A DNA stretch of 64,000 bases from an uncultured Aliarcobacter sp. (GCA_963664305.2 CAXXLV010000002.1:1152001-1216000); one strand, 5' to 3'; shown: positions 43,986 through 54,178, numbered from the stretch's first letter. Numbers and translations: made by a program. The notes: a model not told the origin generated them from the letters alone.

Positions 43986-46160
43986 TTAAAATTTATATGC
44001 AAGAGTCAATAACCCACTTCTTGAAGCACCTGGAGTGTATCTTCTTCCAGAATTATTCATATTTGCAACATACTCTTCATCAGTTAAATTATAAACATTT
44101 AATTGATAAGTTATGTTTTTATTATATTTATATGAAGCCATAGCATCATAAACCACATACTCTTCAATTTTTGAAATAGGAGCTGTTGACGTTGTACTTG
44201 TTTTAACTTCTTGAGTTCCAACATATCTAGCACCTGCACCTACGTTAAATGCTGGTGTAAATTTATATGTTGTCCATAAAGTTGCTGTATGTTCAGGAGC
44301 AAATCTTAGACTTAATCCTTCACTTGTTGATGTTGAGTTAGTATATTCAGTATCCATTTTTGCAAGTCCTGCACTCATACTCCATTTATCAGTGATATCA
44401 CCAACAATTCCAAACTCTATACCTTTAACTTCTTTTTCTCCATTTTGAGAAGTACTTCCATCTGCTTCTGTCATAGTTTCATTTTCTACAACTGTTTTAT
44501 AAATAGCTGTTGTTAAAGAAATTCTATTATTTAATAAATCCCATTTTGTACCAATTTCATCTGTTATAGATTTTTGTGGTTCCATATCAGCATTATTTGC
44601 ACTTGTTGCACTTGAACTTAAAGTAAAGTTAGCACCACCTGGAGGTAATTGTGTAGTTGCTCTTGAGATGTAAACACTTCCATTATCAAGTGGTTTGTAA
44701 ACTAACCCTGCTTTATAACTATTTAAGTGACCATCATCTTCTAATGTTGAAGCAACTAATGTATTTGAAACTACATCATTTGTTGTTTCATATCTATCAA
44801 ATCTTCCACCACCTGTTAGGATAAATTTTTCTCCAATACTAATTGAATCAAATAAATATGCTCCAATTGTAGTTGTTTCTCCATCACTTTTTTGCCCAGA
44901 GAAAGTTAAGTCATTCCAAGAAATAGCTGTTGGATTGTATAAACTTGTTATCTGAGCAGTTTGAGAAGTATAATTTTTTGTTAATTGATTCTCTTTTGTT
45001 ATTTCTACACCAGTACTTAGATTATGAATTAACATACCAGTTTTAAATTCAGTTTTTATATTTGATTGATTTGTAAATAATTCATTTTCTTGCCATCTAG
45101 CATGTAATCTTCTATCAACAGTACTTGCAGCTGTATCATAATTAAATGGAGAAGTTAATAACATCTCTTGTCTTGTTTTTCCATATCTCATAGTATTTGA
45201 GAATGTTGAATTTGAAGCAAAATCTTGTTCAAATTTTACAGTAAATACATCACTTTTAGATTTTTCAAAATCATTAATACTTCCATAAAATGTTGAAGAA
45301 TCAACTTCTTGATTTAAACCATCTAAACCAACTGTTGGGATTCCACCATCTGGAACATCATCTTGTTCTGTGTGTTCATAATTGATAGTTGTTCTAGTTG
45401 CTGTTCCAATTCCAAATCCAACTGATGCTGCAATTCCAGTTCTATCTATTTCAACTTCATCTCTACCTGCAACATCACCTTTTTGTTTCATAACATTTAA
45501 TCTAACACCAGTAGTTTCATTTAATGCTTTATTTAAATCAGCTGTTAATCTAGCATTTTTTGCTGTACTATACCCAGCTGTTCCAGAAACTTCATCAACA
45601 TTTTTTGCAGTTTTTGTAACTTGATTTATATATCCAGAAGAAACACCTCTTCCATTATCAGCTCCAACAGCACCTTTTGTAACTTCAACAGCTTCTGTGT
45701 TATACATATCTTTTACTGCATTTGTTAAATCTCTTATACCATCTTTGAAAATACTTCCTTGAACATCAAAACCTCTCATATTAATATTATCTTTTGAGTT
45801 TGTGTTTCCATTTTCACCAAGATTTAAAGTAATACCAGGAGTATTTCTTAAAGCTTCTTGTAATGTAGTTGCTTGTTGTTCATCCATTACTTTTTTTGTA
45901 ATAACTTGTATTGTTTGAGGAGTATCAACTAATTCTTGTGTAACTTTAGATGAAGATGATTTATCAACTTTATATTTTTCTGTATAGTCATTTTTTTCAA
46001 CTTCAACAACATCGATTTTATCTAATACTGTTGTTGCTTCAGCATTTAGCATCATAGGAGTTGTTAATAATACTGTTGCTGTTACAACAGATGCACCTAG
46101 ATAATTTGTAGTTTTGTGTTTTTTACTTACGATATGATTTCTCAATTTATTTCCCTCCAA
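43986..46160 (-). CDS. TonB-dependent siderophore receptor (Fiu/PiuA-like)
   Basis: DTPQTIQVI, LRNTPGIT...GENG, MRGFD, NLTDEEY, terminal Phe. Confidence 0.9.
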   Translation of the reverse strand: MEGNKLRNHIVSKKHKTTNYLGASVVTATVLLTTPMMLNAEATTVLDKIDVVEVEKNDYTEKYKVDKSSSSKVTQELVDTPQTIQVITKKVMDEQQATTLQEALRNTPGITLNLGENGNTNSKDNINMRGFDVQGSIFKDGIRDLTNAVKDMYNTEAVEVTKGAVGADNGRGVSSGYINQVTKTAKNVDEVSGTAGYSTAKNARLTADLNKALNETTGVRLNVMKQKGDVAGRDEVEIDRTGIAASVGFGIGTATRTTINYEHTEQDDVPDGGIPTVGLDGLNQEVDSSTFYGSINDFEKSKSDVFTVKFEQDFASNSTFSNTMRYGKTRQEMLLTSPFNYDTAASTVDRRLHARWQENELFTNQSNIKTEFKTGMLIHNLSTGVEITKENQLTKNYTSQTAQITSLYNPTAISWNDLTFSGQKSDGETTTIGAYLFDSISIGEKFILTGGGRFDRYETTNDVVSNTLVASTLEDDGHLNSYKAGLVYKPLDNGSVYISRATTQLPPGGANFTLSSSATSANNADMEPQKSITDEIGTKWDLLNNRISLTTAIYKTVVENETMTEADGSTSQNGEKEVKGIEFGIVGDITDKWSMSAGLAKMDTEYTNSTSTSEGLSLRFAPEHTATLWTTYKFTPAFNVGAGARYVGTQEVKTSTTSTAPISKIEEYVVYDAMASYKYNKNITYQLNVYNLTDEEYVANMNNSGRRYTPGASRSGLLTLAYKF

Positions 46161-46251
46161 GAAAATTAAATATTTTTTATGTTTGATTTTAATTTTTGGC
46201 TGGCTACTTTTTAGGAGAACTTTAATAATTTTTGCTAGCTATATAATCTAA

Positions 46252-46386
46252 TTACTTTGTCAAAATTAATTTATTTGCTTTTGTGATTCTTAAGTGATAT
46301 GTTTGTCCATCATGAACAATAGTTATGGTATTTGTTTGATCAAAAATTTCTTTACTATCAATTTTTTTATCTTTTTTTTCTTCCAT
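46252..46386 (-). CDS. hemP: Hemin uptake regulator HemP/HmuP family protein (44 aa)
   Basis: Hand translation MEEKKDKKIDSKEIFDQTNTITIVHDGQTYHLRITKANKLILTK; C-terminal Y.LR.T...KLILTK is the HemP signature. Confidence 0.88.
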   Translation of the reverse strand: MEEKKDKKIDSKEIFDQTNTITIVHDGQTYHLRITKANKLILTK

Positions 46387-46468
46387 TTCCACTCTCATAA
46401 AATTTTTAACTAATTGTTAACAAAATATAAACGGGATATTAACGCAAGAAATCTTAAAAATAAATAAA

Positions 46469-46487
46469 ATTGATAATTAGTATCAAT
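46469..46487. promoter_or_regulatory. Fur-box-like site upstream of hemP
   Basis: ATTGATAATTAGTATCAAT. Confidence 0.7.
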
Positions 46488-46515
46488 ATAAGTTTATTAT
46501 AAAGAGAAATTCTCT

Positions 46516-46995
46516 TTATAATTTAGAGTTTTTTAGTTGTTCTAAAATTTTATTACTGTTTTTAAAACTAAAGTAGATAGTTAAAATTAATAGAATTATA
46601 ATAATAAAAAAGAATGTTAATGTTATTTTATCCCACTCATGTTCTTCATGTTCAGGTTTTGTTAATTTTTCTTTTATTTTTGGTTCAATTTTAAAATCAC
46701 TTTTTTTATTATCATAAATTCCTGATTTAACAACTTTTTCACTAGGACCTCCATCAAGAACAATTTGATATGGTTCATTAGGAATTGAAACAGTAATTTC
46801 ACTCTCTTTAGGTAATCTTTGTTTAAAAATAACTTCTCCCGTTTGCAATGACTCAAAACGAATCATTACGCCAGGAATAGTTTCTCCACCAATTAAAGTA
46901 ATTGTTTTATCATTATTTTCTATAACATTTAACATTAATTCATGCCCATAAATATATGATGTAAAAAAAATAAATATATATAAAATCTTTTTCAT
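46516..46995 (-). CDS. Exported protein with C-terminal membrane anchor
   Basis: Signal peptide MKKILY...YGH; HEEHE before TM helix. Confidence 0.7.
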   Translation of the reverse strand: MKKILYIFIFFTSYIYGHELMLNVIENNDKTITLIGGETIPGVMIRFESLQTGEVIFKQRLPKESEITVSIPNEPYQIVLDGGPSEKVVKSGIYDNKKSDFKIEPKIKEKLTKPEHEEHEWDKITLTFFFIIIILLILTIYFSFKNSNKILEQLKNSKL

Positions 46996-47009
46996 GTTTG
47001 TTAATCCTT

Positions 47010-48587
47010 TTAAATTTTTTTTGTCCAAAAAGCTTGAATTTCTTCTCTTTTTGTTGGAAGTTTATAGGCAACAAAAAATAATATTGCACCAAATAAAAAT
47101 AATCCAATATCAACATTTAAAATAGTAAACATCTCTTCATTTAAAAGTCTAATCGGAGAAAAACCACTATTAATAAAATGTATAATTGGACTTAACATAA
47201 ATAAAATTCCACCTAAAAAAAGAAACTCTTTTGCTGTTTGATAGGAATTTAATCTATAAAATGACCAAGTTAAAGTTCCCATCCACAATATTCCAAAAAG
47301 TTCTTTTTGTATTAAAACTCTATTTTCCATATCAAAAGGGAATAGCCATTGTAAAACAAATAACAATCCAGTTGCTGGAATTACTCCAATCATAACACAT
47401 AGTGAAATCTTTCCCATTACTTGATAGATTGGTATACCATCTGGAAATTTTCTAGCTTTTTTTTCAAGCCAAAGTAAAACACCAAAACCTATAGCAAAAG
47501 TTGAAATAATCATAATTAAAGCTATTAATAATCTTGTAAAAGTATCTACTCCAAATAAAAAATGTAAAAAAAACAAACTATCATAAAGTAAACCAGACCA
47601 ATGTTTATCCATAACTTTTTGTTGACTAATCAAGCTACCATCTATTCCACTTAAAGTTATATTTGGTTTATTTGAAATTCCATTTAAAAATGGCATATAA
47701 GGGTTGTAACCTTCTATTTTTGCAGTAGCACTTGAATCTCCCCAATTTGTCAACTCAATTTCATGAATATCAAGATTTGGATTAATTTGTTTTGCTTTTT
47801 TAATCAATTCATTCATGGTTATCATTTCAACATTATCATTTTTCTTTTTTATTTCTTCAGATAGAGGAAATAAAACTGGAAATGTTAGTTGAAAAACATT
47901 TGTTGCTTCACCTTTGGATGCAATATATGCCATTGGTGAAGAACCTGTAAATCCTATATTCATTAATGCACCGGTTAAAGTTATGATTATAAAAGGAGGA
48001 AATACAAAAGTAAAAATTTTTCTGTGAAATTTTGAAAATCTACTAACAACTGTTTTTGAACTATCTTTATATTTTATTTTAGTTATTAGTATAACTCCAC
48101 CTATTACTAAAAACATAACTCCAACTGCCATAAGACCAAATAAAATATATCCAAAATCTTTAAAAGGTCTTCCATAATGCATATGATTTAGAAATTCTGC
48201 TAGATTAGAAGCTTTATCTTCATTTTCAACTTCTAAATTTGTATTTGGATTAAAAACTCTAGTCTTAGTAAAATCTGCACTTATTCTTAATGCAGGATCC
48301 CCCATATAACCAGGAAGTATAATATGAACTCCATTTATTTTTGGATATTCAGGGTCTGCTAAAACGGGATCTATCATTGCCCCATAATCTATAGTTGTAA
48401 TATCAGCTAATTTAAAATGTCTTGATGGTTTTTCCCATACTTGAATATATGGAAGTAATATTGCAAATATTCCAAAAAAAACTGCAATATACATAATTAA
48501 AGAAAGAGAAATACCAGTTGCTACATGAACTCTTTGTAATCTTTGTTTAAATAATTTATTTGATTCATTTTCTAAATTTTTATTCAT
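47010..48587 (-). CDS. PepSY-associated TM helix protein (FpvG-like)
   Basis: VHVATG, FLNHMHYG, FHRK, LHFLFG; many TM helices. Confidence 0.82.
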   Translation of the reverse strand: MNKNLENESNKLFKQRLQRVHVATGISLSLIMYIAVFFGIFAILLPYIQVWEKPSRHFKLADITTIDYGAMIDPVLADPEYPKINGVHIILPGYMGDPALRISADFTKTRVFNPNTNLEVENEDKASNLAEFLNHMHYGRPFKDFGYILFGLMAVGVMFLVIGGVILITKIKYKDSSKTVVSRFSKFHRKIFTFVFPPFIIITLTGALMNIGFTGSSPMAYIASKGEATNVFQLTFPVLFPLSEEIKKKNDNVEMITMNELIKKAKQINPNLDIHEIELTNWGDSSATAKIEGYNPYMPFLNGISNKPNITLSGIDGSLISQQKVMDKHWSGLLYDSLFFLHFLFGVDTFTRLLIALIMIISTFAIGFGVLLWLEKKARKFPDGIPIYQVMGKISLCVMIGVIPATGLLFVLQWLFPFDMENRVLIQKELFGILWMGTLTWSFYRLNSYQTAKEFLFLGGILFMLSPIIHFINSGFSPIRLLNEEMFTILNVDIGLFLFGAILFFVAYKLPTKREEIQAFWTKKI

Positions 48588-48596
48588 TCATAAGCC

Positions 48597-48902
48597 TTAT
48601 ATATTGTATAAAATTATTATTAAAATTGAAAAAATTAAGGATGGGATTAAAACTTTTAATAATGCGTTTAATTTTGTAGAAGATAAACTAATCCATAAAG
48701 CTAAAATTGCCCAAACAAATGTATTTAAAAATAAAGGAATAATTATTGATTCTCCAACCTTTGCTGGAATTAAAAATATTAGTAAAGTCATTGAAAGATA
48801 AGCAACTAATAAACCACCAAATATCGCACAAATAGCTCTAAAAAGACCAATTTTTTTTCCGCTTGATTCAGGAATAGATAAATTTTTTATCAATTTTTTC
48901 AT
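48597..48902 (-). CDS. Small three-TM protein of iron-uptake operons (DUF3649-like)
   Basis: RAICAIFGG motif; sits between receptor and PepSY gene. Confidence 0.65.
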   Translation of the reverse strand: MKKLIKNLSIPESSGKKIGLFRAICAIFGGLLVAYLSMTLLIFLIPAKVGESIIIPLFLNTFVWAILALWISLSSTKLNALLKVLIPSLIFSILIIILYNI

Positions 48903-48916
48903 TTTTCTCCTAAAAT

Positions 48917-48941
48917 AAAAAAGAGGTTTTTAACCTCTTTT
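48917..48941 (-). terminator. Hairpin after receptor gene
   Basis: AAAAGAGGTT-TTT-AACCTCTTTT. Confidence 0.6.
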
Positions 48942-51060
48942 AAAATGTATATTTCATACCAAGTGTTGCATTTCTTGGATCACCATAAACCATAGAATTA
49001 ACTCCTAAACCTGAGTAATACTCTTCATCAAATATGTTATTAATATTTAATTGTAAATCTAAGTTTTTATTTACTTTGTATCCAGCCATTAAATCTGCTG
49101 TAATAAATCCATCTTGTGTAATATCTCCGTATGAAGAAGTTTTGTAATATTTACTTTTATAATTTAATCCTGCACCAAATCTATAATCATTTACTTTATA
49201 TTTTGCAAAAATATTAGCAGTTGTACGAGAAGAAGATGTGTTAAAATCACTTCCATCACTATTTTTAGCTTCAAAATTAGCAAGTCCAAAGTCCAAACTT
49301 AATTTTTCTGTAATATTTCCTGAAACTCCAACTTCAAAACCTTTACTTACAACTCCATCTTTTGCTTCATAAATACTTTCTAGATTACCATTTACCATAC
49401 CTGAATCTTCTGCAACTCCTTCTTGTTCTATTCTAAATAGAGTTAAAGATGTATTTAAATCACCATCAAGATATTCACCTTTGATTCCAACTTCATAATT
49501 ATTTCCAGTAATTGGATCTAAATAACTTCCACTAGAATCTTTCTTGTCTTGAGGTTTGAAAATACTCGTATAACTTGTATAAATTGAGTGATTTTTGTCT
49601 AAATCATAAACTAATCCAATATATGGAGTTAGTTCATTATCAAAATCTCTATTTCCTGTTCCAAACTCATTTTCATATTTCCAAGATGAAACTCTAATTC
49701 CTGAAATTAATTTTAAATCTTCTTTTAAAGAAAATTTACCAGCCAAATAAGTTCCACTTTGAGTTGTTTCCTCTAAAGCTAAAGAATTAGTTGATGAATA
49801 AACAGGCTCACTAATTGAGATGTTATTAAAATTGATTGTTGTCCATCCAATATTACTTGAATAAGTAGCTTTATCTTTTTTTGATTTTGTATACATTGTT
49901 CCAACAATAATCTCATGATCAAGTTTGGCTAATTCAAAAGGAATTGAAGCATATAAATCTAAGCTATCTTCTTTTATTTCATTAGCAAATCCATATCCAT
50001 ATAATCCAAAATCACCTGAACCAACTACTTGATTACCTGTTGTTTTATCAACTGTCCCACCAAAGTAAGCTAAGTTTCCATCAGATTTAATTTCTCGATG
50101 AACTAAAGATGCATTTAATGAAATATCATCATATACATATTGTTTAAAATCTGCATAATTTGAAGTTGTTTGAATATTCCAAGCTGTCCAATCATCTGAA
50201 ATTGTTTTTGAATTATCAAAAGTTGCTTTTGTTCCGTCACTATAAAAAGCAGGCATTCCACCCCATCTAATACCACTTCTATCTATATCTTCAATACTAC
50301 TTCCTAAAGATAAAAAAGTTGTATCAGTTAAATCCATATCAACTACACCATACAAAATATTTGTTGTTTTGTCATAATTATCCATATAAGACTCTTTGTC
50401 TTGATGTTTAGCTACAACTCTGGCTCTAATATTTCCTTTTTCATTTAATCCAGTTTGAATATCTACAATTTGACTATAATTATTCCATGAACCTGCACTT
50501 AAGTCTATTGTTCCTGTTAACTCTTTAGAATTTGCATGTTTTCTAACAAAATTCATACCAAGTGCAGGATTTCCAGCACCTGTCATTAAGCCATTTGCAC
50601 CTTTTACTATTTCAACCCTATCATAAATTGATAAATCAGGATCATCAGCATTATCACTAATTGAATATGTTGGTACTCCATCATATAAATAATAATCTAT
50701 ATCAAATCCTCTTGCTGTTGGATATACTCTTTCATCCCATTGATTTAGAGTAACTCCTGGAGTTTTTGCTAAAAGTTCTTGATAAGATGTAATATTTTGA
50801 TCATCTAATTTTTGTCTGGTAAATACTAAAACTGATTGTGGTGTTTCTTTTAAAGACATTTCAAGTTTTGTTGCTGTGTTCATACTTCTTGTTGTATAAG
50901 AATCTATTCCTTCTGTTGTACTTTCACTTACATAATATGTAGCATCTTCTGCAACTTTTATCTCTTCTAAAACAGTTTTTTCTTCTGCAAAAACTGATGT
51001 TCCTAAAATCATTGTTGCAAATAATGATAAGTGAATTAATTTTCTTTTTTTATGTTCCAT
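48940..51060 (-). CDS. TonB-dependent siderophore receptor (FhuE/FpvA-like)
   Basis: KETPQSV, ARGFDI, YDRVEIVKGANGLMTGAGNP, NNIFDEEYY, YGDPRN, terminal Phe. Confidence 0.9.
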   Translation of the reverse strand: MEHKKRKLIHLSLFATMILGTSVFAEEKTVLEEIKVAEDATYYVSESTTEGIDSYTTRSMNTATKLEMSLKETPQSVLVFTRQKLDDQNITSYQELLAKTPGVTLNQWDERVYPTARGFDIDYYLYDGVPTYSISDNADDPDLSIYDRVEIVKGANGLMTGAGNPALGMNFVRKHANSKELTGTIDLSAGSWNNYSQIVDIQTGLNEKGNIRARVVAKHQDKESYMDNYDKTTNILYGVVDMDLTDTTFLSLGSSIEDIDRSGIRWGGMPAFYSDGTKATFDNSKTISDDWTAWNIQTTSNYADFKQYVYDDISLNASLVHREIKSDGNLAYFGGTVDKTTGNQVVGSGDFGLYGYGFANEIKEDSLDLYASIPFELAKLDHEIIVGTMYTKSKKDKATYSSNIGWTTINFNNISISEPVYSSTNSLALEETTQSGTYLAGKFSLKEDLKLISGIRVSSWKYENEFGTGNRDFDNELTPYIGLVYDLDKNHSIYTSYTSIFKPQDKKDSSGSYLDPITGNNYEVGIKGEYLDGDLNTSLTLFRIEQEGVAEDSGMVNGNLESIYEAKDGVVSKGFEVGVSGNITEKLSLDFGLANFEAKNSDGSDFNTSSSRTTANIFAKYKVNDYRFGAGLNYKSKYYKTSSYGDITQDGFITADLMAGYKVNKNLDLQLNINNIFDEEYYSGLGVNSMVYGDPRNATLGMKYTF

Positions 51061-51085
51061 TTTCTTCCTCTTTTTATTTCAATTA

Positions 51086-51100
51086 TGATAATTAATCTCA
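51086..51100. promoter_or_regulatory. Fur-box-like site
   Basis: TGATAAT-T-AATCTCA just upstream of the receptor start. Confidence 0.6.
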
Positions 51101-51185
51101 ATATTTAATGGAATTAAATCAATTAATTTCTTAATATTACCTTAGTAATTTAATAGTCTTAGAGTAAAAAAATAATTTTTTAATG

Positions 51186-51207
51186 AAGACATTTTTAAGA
51201 CATTTTT
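51186..51207. promoter_or_regulatory. 11 bp tandem direct repeat, candidate response regulator site
   Basis: AAGACATTTTT repeated twice. Confidence 0.55.
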
Positions 51208-51318
51208 TTTAATTAAAGAATATAAAAAGCACTATATTATAGGTCTTTTATTTTAAGACAATTGATTTTTCAAAATGATTTCTTAGTTTTATTCAAATAA
51301 AATTTAATTATTATTTTT

Positions 51319-52005
51319 TTAGAAAATTGTAGTAATTTTATATCCAACTTTTGAAAAATTTTCCAAAGTATTTTCAGGAAGTTTAGTTCTTAATTTTCTT
51401 GCTACAGAACGAATTGCATCTTCACTCATAAAAGATTCATTCCAAACAATAGCTTGTATTGTTTCATAAGATACTAAATTGTTACTATTTTCACAAAGTA
51501 AAGTCAAAAAGTCAGATTCTTTATTTGTTAATTTTACAAATTCATCATTTACATATAAAGATTTAGTCAATAGATTAAAATAAGAATCTTTTGAAAAATA
51601 TTTTAGATTTTTATTGCTATTTTTAATTTTTTTAACACATTGATTCAATATTGGAAAAATTACTTCATGCCTAATTGGTTTTACTAAATACTTTTCAAGT
51701 CTTAATTCAACAGCCTCTAATAAATAATCAGTTTTTGTATAAGCACTTAAGACAATAATTTTTGTATCTAAATCTTTTTCTCTTATTTTTTTTATCATTT
51801 CTAAACCATTTATCTTAGGGAGATTAATATCAGTTATTACAATATGAGGTTTTTTATATTCAATTATTTCAAAAGCTTCAGTTACATCTTTTGCTTCATA
51901 TACCTCATCAAATAATCTTTTTAAATAAGATATTGCATTAATTCTTATATTTTCTTCATCTTCAACAAATAAAATTTTTATATCTTTAAATTCATTTATA
52001 CTCAT
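51319..52005 (-). CDS. OmpR-family response regulator
   Basis: LFVEDE, TDINLP, YLVKP, LTNKE, IRSVARKLRTKL, VGY. Confidence 0.92.
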   Translation of the reverse strand: MSINEFKDIKILFVEDEENIRINAISYLKRLFDEVYEAKDVTEAFEIIEYKKPHIVITDINLPKINGLEMIKKIREKDLDTKIIVLSAYTKTDYLLEAVELRLEKYLVKPIRHEVIFPILNQCVKKIKNSNKNLKYFSKDSYFNLLTKSLYVNDEFVKLTNKESDFLTLLCENSNNLVSYETIQAIVWNESFMSEDAIRSVARKLRTKLPENTLENFSKVGYKITTIF

Positions 52006-52081
52006 GTTTGAATTTTATCATATTCAAACTAAATTATAATAATTACTATCAATATTAATATAAAAACTGTATAATATAAAA

Positions 52082-53776
52082 ATGAAACATTTTTTACTAT
52101 TTATTTTATTTTTATCAAACTTATATAGTTTTGATTTTATTAAAGATTATATTTCTGAAGACAATATACATTTTACTCCTGCTTCATATGATGAATATAA
52201 AACAAAAAAAATCAAAGAGTTTACATTTAAATTTAAAATTGATTTAGAAAATTTAAAAGAAAAACACAGTTATTTAGCAATTGTTTCAAATACAAATGCT
52301 CTGATTTATACTAATTTTAAATATGAAACACTCAACAATACAATATTAATAAAATTAGATGAAATTAAAAATAATGAGTTAATTCTTCAATACAAATATG
52401 AAAAAGAAAAAAGACCTGAGTTTCGATGGAATATTATTTCAGATTTTGAATATAAATACTTACTAAAATTTGAAGGTATTTTATATGGAGTGTCATATGG
52501 AATAATTTTTTGTGCATTTTTATACTACATTATCATCTATTTTTCAACAAGAATGAAATATTTTTTATATTATTCTTTAATGCAATTTTTTGTTTTATTA
52601 TCACTTATTGGTTTTGTATATTTTAGTTATCAAGCTTATCCTTCTTCAACCCCACAAATGATTGTTGATATTTGTGAAACTCTGAGTTTTATGTTTACTT
52701 TATTATTCTGTCAATCTATTTTACAAACTAAAGAAAGATTAGTAATAATTCATAAGTTTTTAAACTTTTTTATATTTTTAAATGTATTAGATATTATTGC
52801 TATTTTTATCTATAAATATTCCATTTTATATGAATATTTACCTTTTCATATAGGCTTTCTAGTTCCTTTTTTTACTGGAATGATAACCATATATAAAGGA
52901 GATAAAAATGCAATAATATATACTTTTGGATGGTTAATAGTAACTATTTTTGTTTATATTGCTGAACATCGAATAGTTCCTATTAGTAATATTTATATCA
53001 TTCATTTAGGTGCTCCTTTAGAATCTTTAATTTTTAGTTTTGCTTTAGGATTAATGTTAAGAAATCTTACAAAAGAAAAAAATGAAAAAGAAAAACTTTT
53101 AATTCATCAAAGTAAACTAGCTTCAATGGGAGAAATGATAAACAATATTGCACATCAATGGAGACAACCTCTAACCCATCTTGGTTTTATTAATATGAAT
53201 TTACAACTTGCATTTGAAGATAAACCAATAAACAAAAAGTACTTAAATGAAAAAATAGAAGAATCCTATATACAACTTGATTTTATGTCAAAAACAATTG
53301 ACAATTTTATGGACTTTTATAAATTAAATAAAAAAACTGAACTCTTTTATATAAGTAATGCAGTAAAAAAAGCTTTAGATATTATGGAACCTATTTTTGA
53401 GAATCATAAAATCAAATTTGATTTTACAGTAATAAAAGATAAACAAATAAATTCTTTTGAAAATGAGTATTCTCAAGTAATTTTAAATCTTTTAACAAAT
53501 GCAAAAGATGCCATTATTTCAAAAAAAATTGAAAATCCAAAAATAAAAATTATTATTGATGTGGAAAACAATAGTTCTATCACTAAAATCTCAGATAATG
53601 CAAAAGGTATTGATAAAAAAAATATTGAAAAAATATTTGAACCATATTTTACAACTAAACAAGCAGGAAGTGGTATAGGACTTTATATGTCAAAAATGAT
53701 TGTTGAGACACATTTTAAAGGTAAAATTAATGTCTCAAACTTAAAAGAAGGAGCTTTATTTTCAATAGTAATATAA
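52082..53776 (+). CDS. 7TM-DISM sensor histidine kinase
   Basis: Multi-TM region; IAHQWRQPL, NLLTNAKDA, FEPYFTTK, GSGIGLY. Confidence 0.92.
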   Translation: MKHFLLFILFLSNLYSFDFIKDYISEDNIHFTPASYDEYKTKKIKEFTFKFKIDLENLKEKHSYLAIVSNTNALIYTNFKYETLNNTILIKLDEIKNNELILQYKYEKEKRPEFRWNIISDFEYKYLLKFEGILYGVSYGIIFCAFLYYIIIYFSTRMKYFLYYSLMQFFVLLSLIGFVYFSYQAYPSSTPQMIVDICETLSFMFTLLFCQSILQTKERLVIIHKFLNFFIFLNVLDIIAIFIYKYSILYEYLPFHIGFLVPFFTGMITIYKGDKNAIIYTFGWLIVTIFVYIAEHRIVPISNIYIIHLGAPLESLIFSFALGLMLRNLTKEKNEKEKLLIHQSKLASMGEMINNIAHQWRQPLTHLGFINMNLQLAFEDKPINKKYLNEKIEESYIQLDFMSKTIDNFMDFYKLNKKTELFYISNAVKKALDIMEPIFENHKIKFDFTVIKDKQINSFENEYSQVILNLLTNAKDAIISKKIENPKIKIIIDVENNSSITKISDNAKGIDKKNIEKIFEPYFTTKQAGSGIGLYMSKMIVETHFKGKINVSNLKEGALFSIVI

Positions 53777-53785
53777 AAATATTAT

Positions 53786-54178
53786 CTATAATCTGATATT
53801 TTTTTGTAAATATGAAATCATTTCTTTGTTTACTAAAGATAAAGCATTTCTTTCTATTTTTTCATTTTGAGAAAATCTGTTTAATCTATTTATATAGTTT
53901 TCTACTTTTTCTTCTAGTTTTCTATCATTTACTAAAAGTATAATTTTTGCAGAAATTCTTTTTATCTCTTTTAGTTGAATTTTAAAATTTTCATCATCAA
54001 TTAACATAATCTCTTCTGTTAATTTTGAATATAAATCTAATTTTGTATTTCTAAGCCATTTATTTTGTTCAATTTTATTGTTTATTTTTGAAGAAACTAA
54101 TGTATCTACTAATTTAGTTGCAACTGCACCAACTAATGCACTTTTTGCAACTGATGTTAAAAGAGTTACATTTAACAT
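53786..54178 (-). CDS. Hypothetical protein with N-terminal hydrophobic helix
   Basis: AAAGGA RBS; SALVGAVAT segment; divergent from Fur-boxed promoter. Confidence 0.7.
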   Translation of the reverse strand: MLNVTLLTSVAKSALVGAVATKLVDTLVSSKINNKIEQNKWLRNTKLDLYSKLTEEIMLIDDENFKIQLKEIKRISAKIILLVNDRKLEEKVENYINRLNRFSQNEKIERNALSLVNKEMISYLQKNIRL

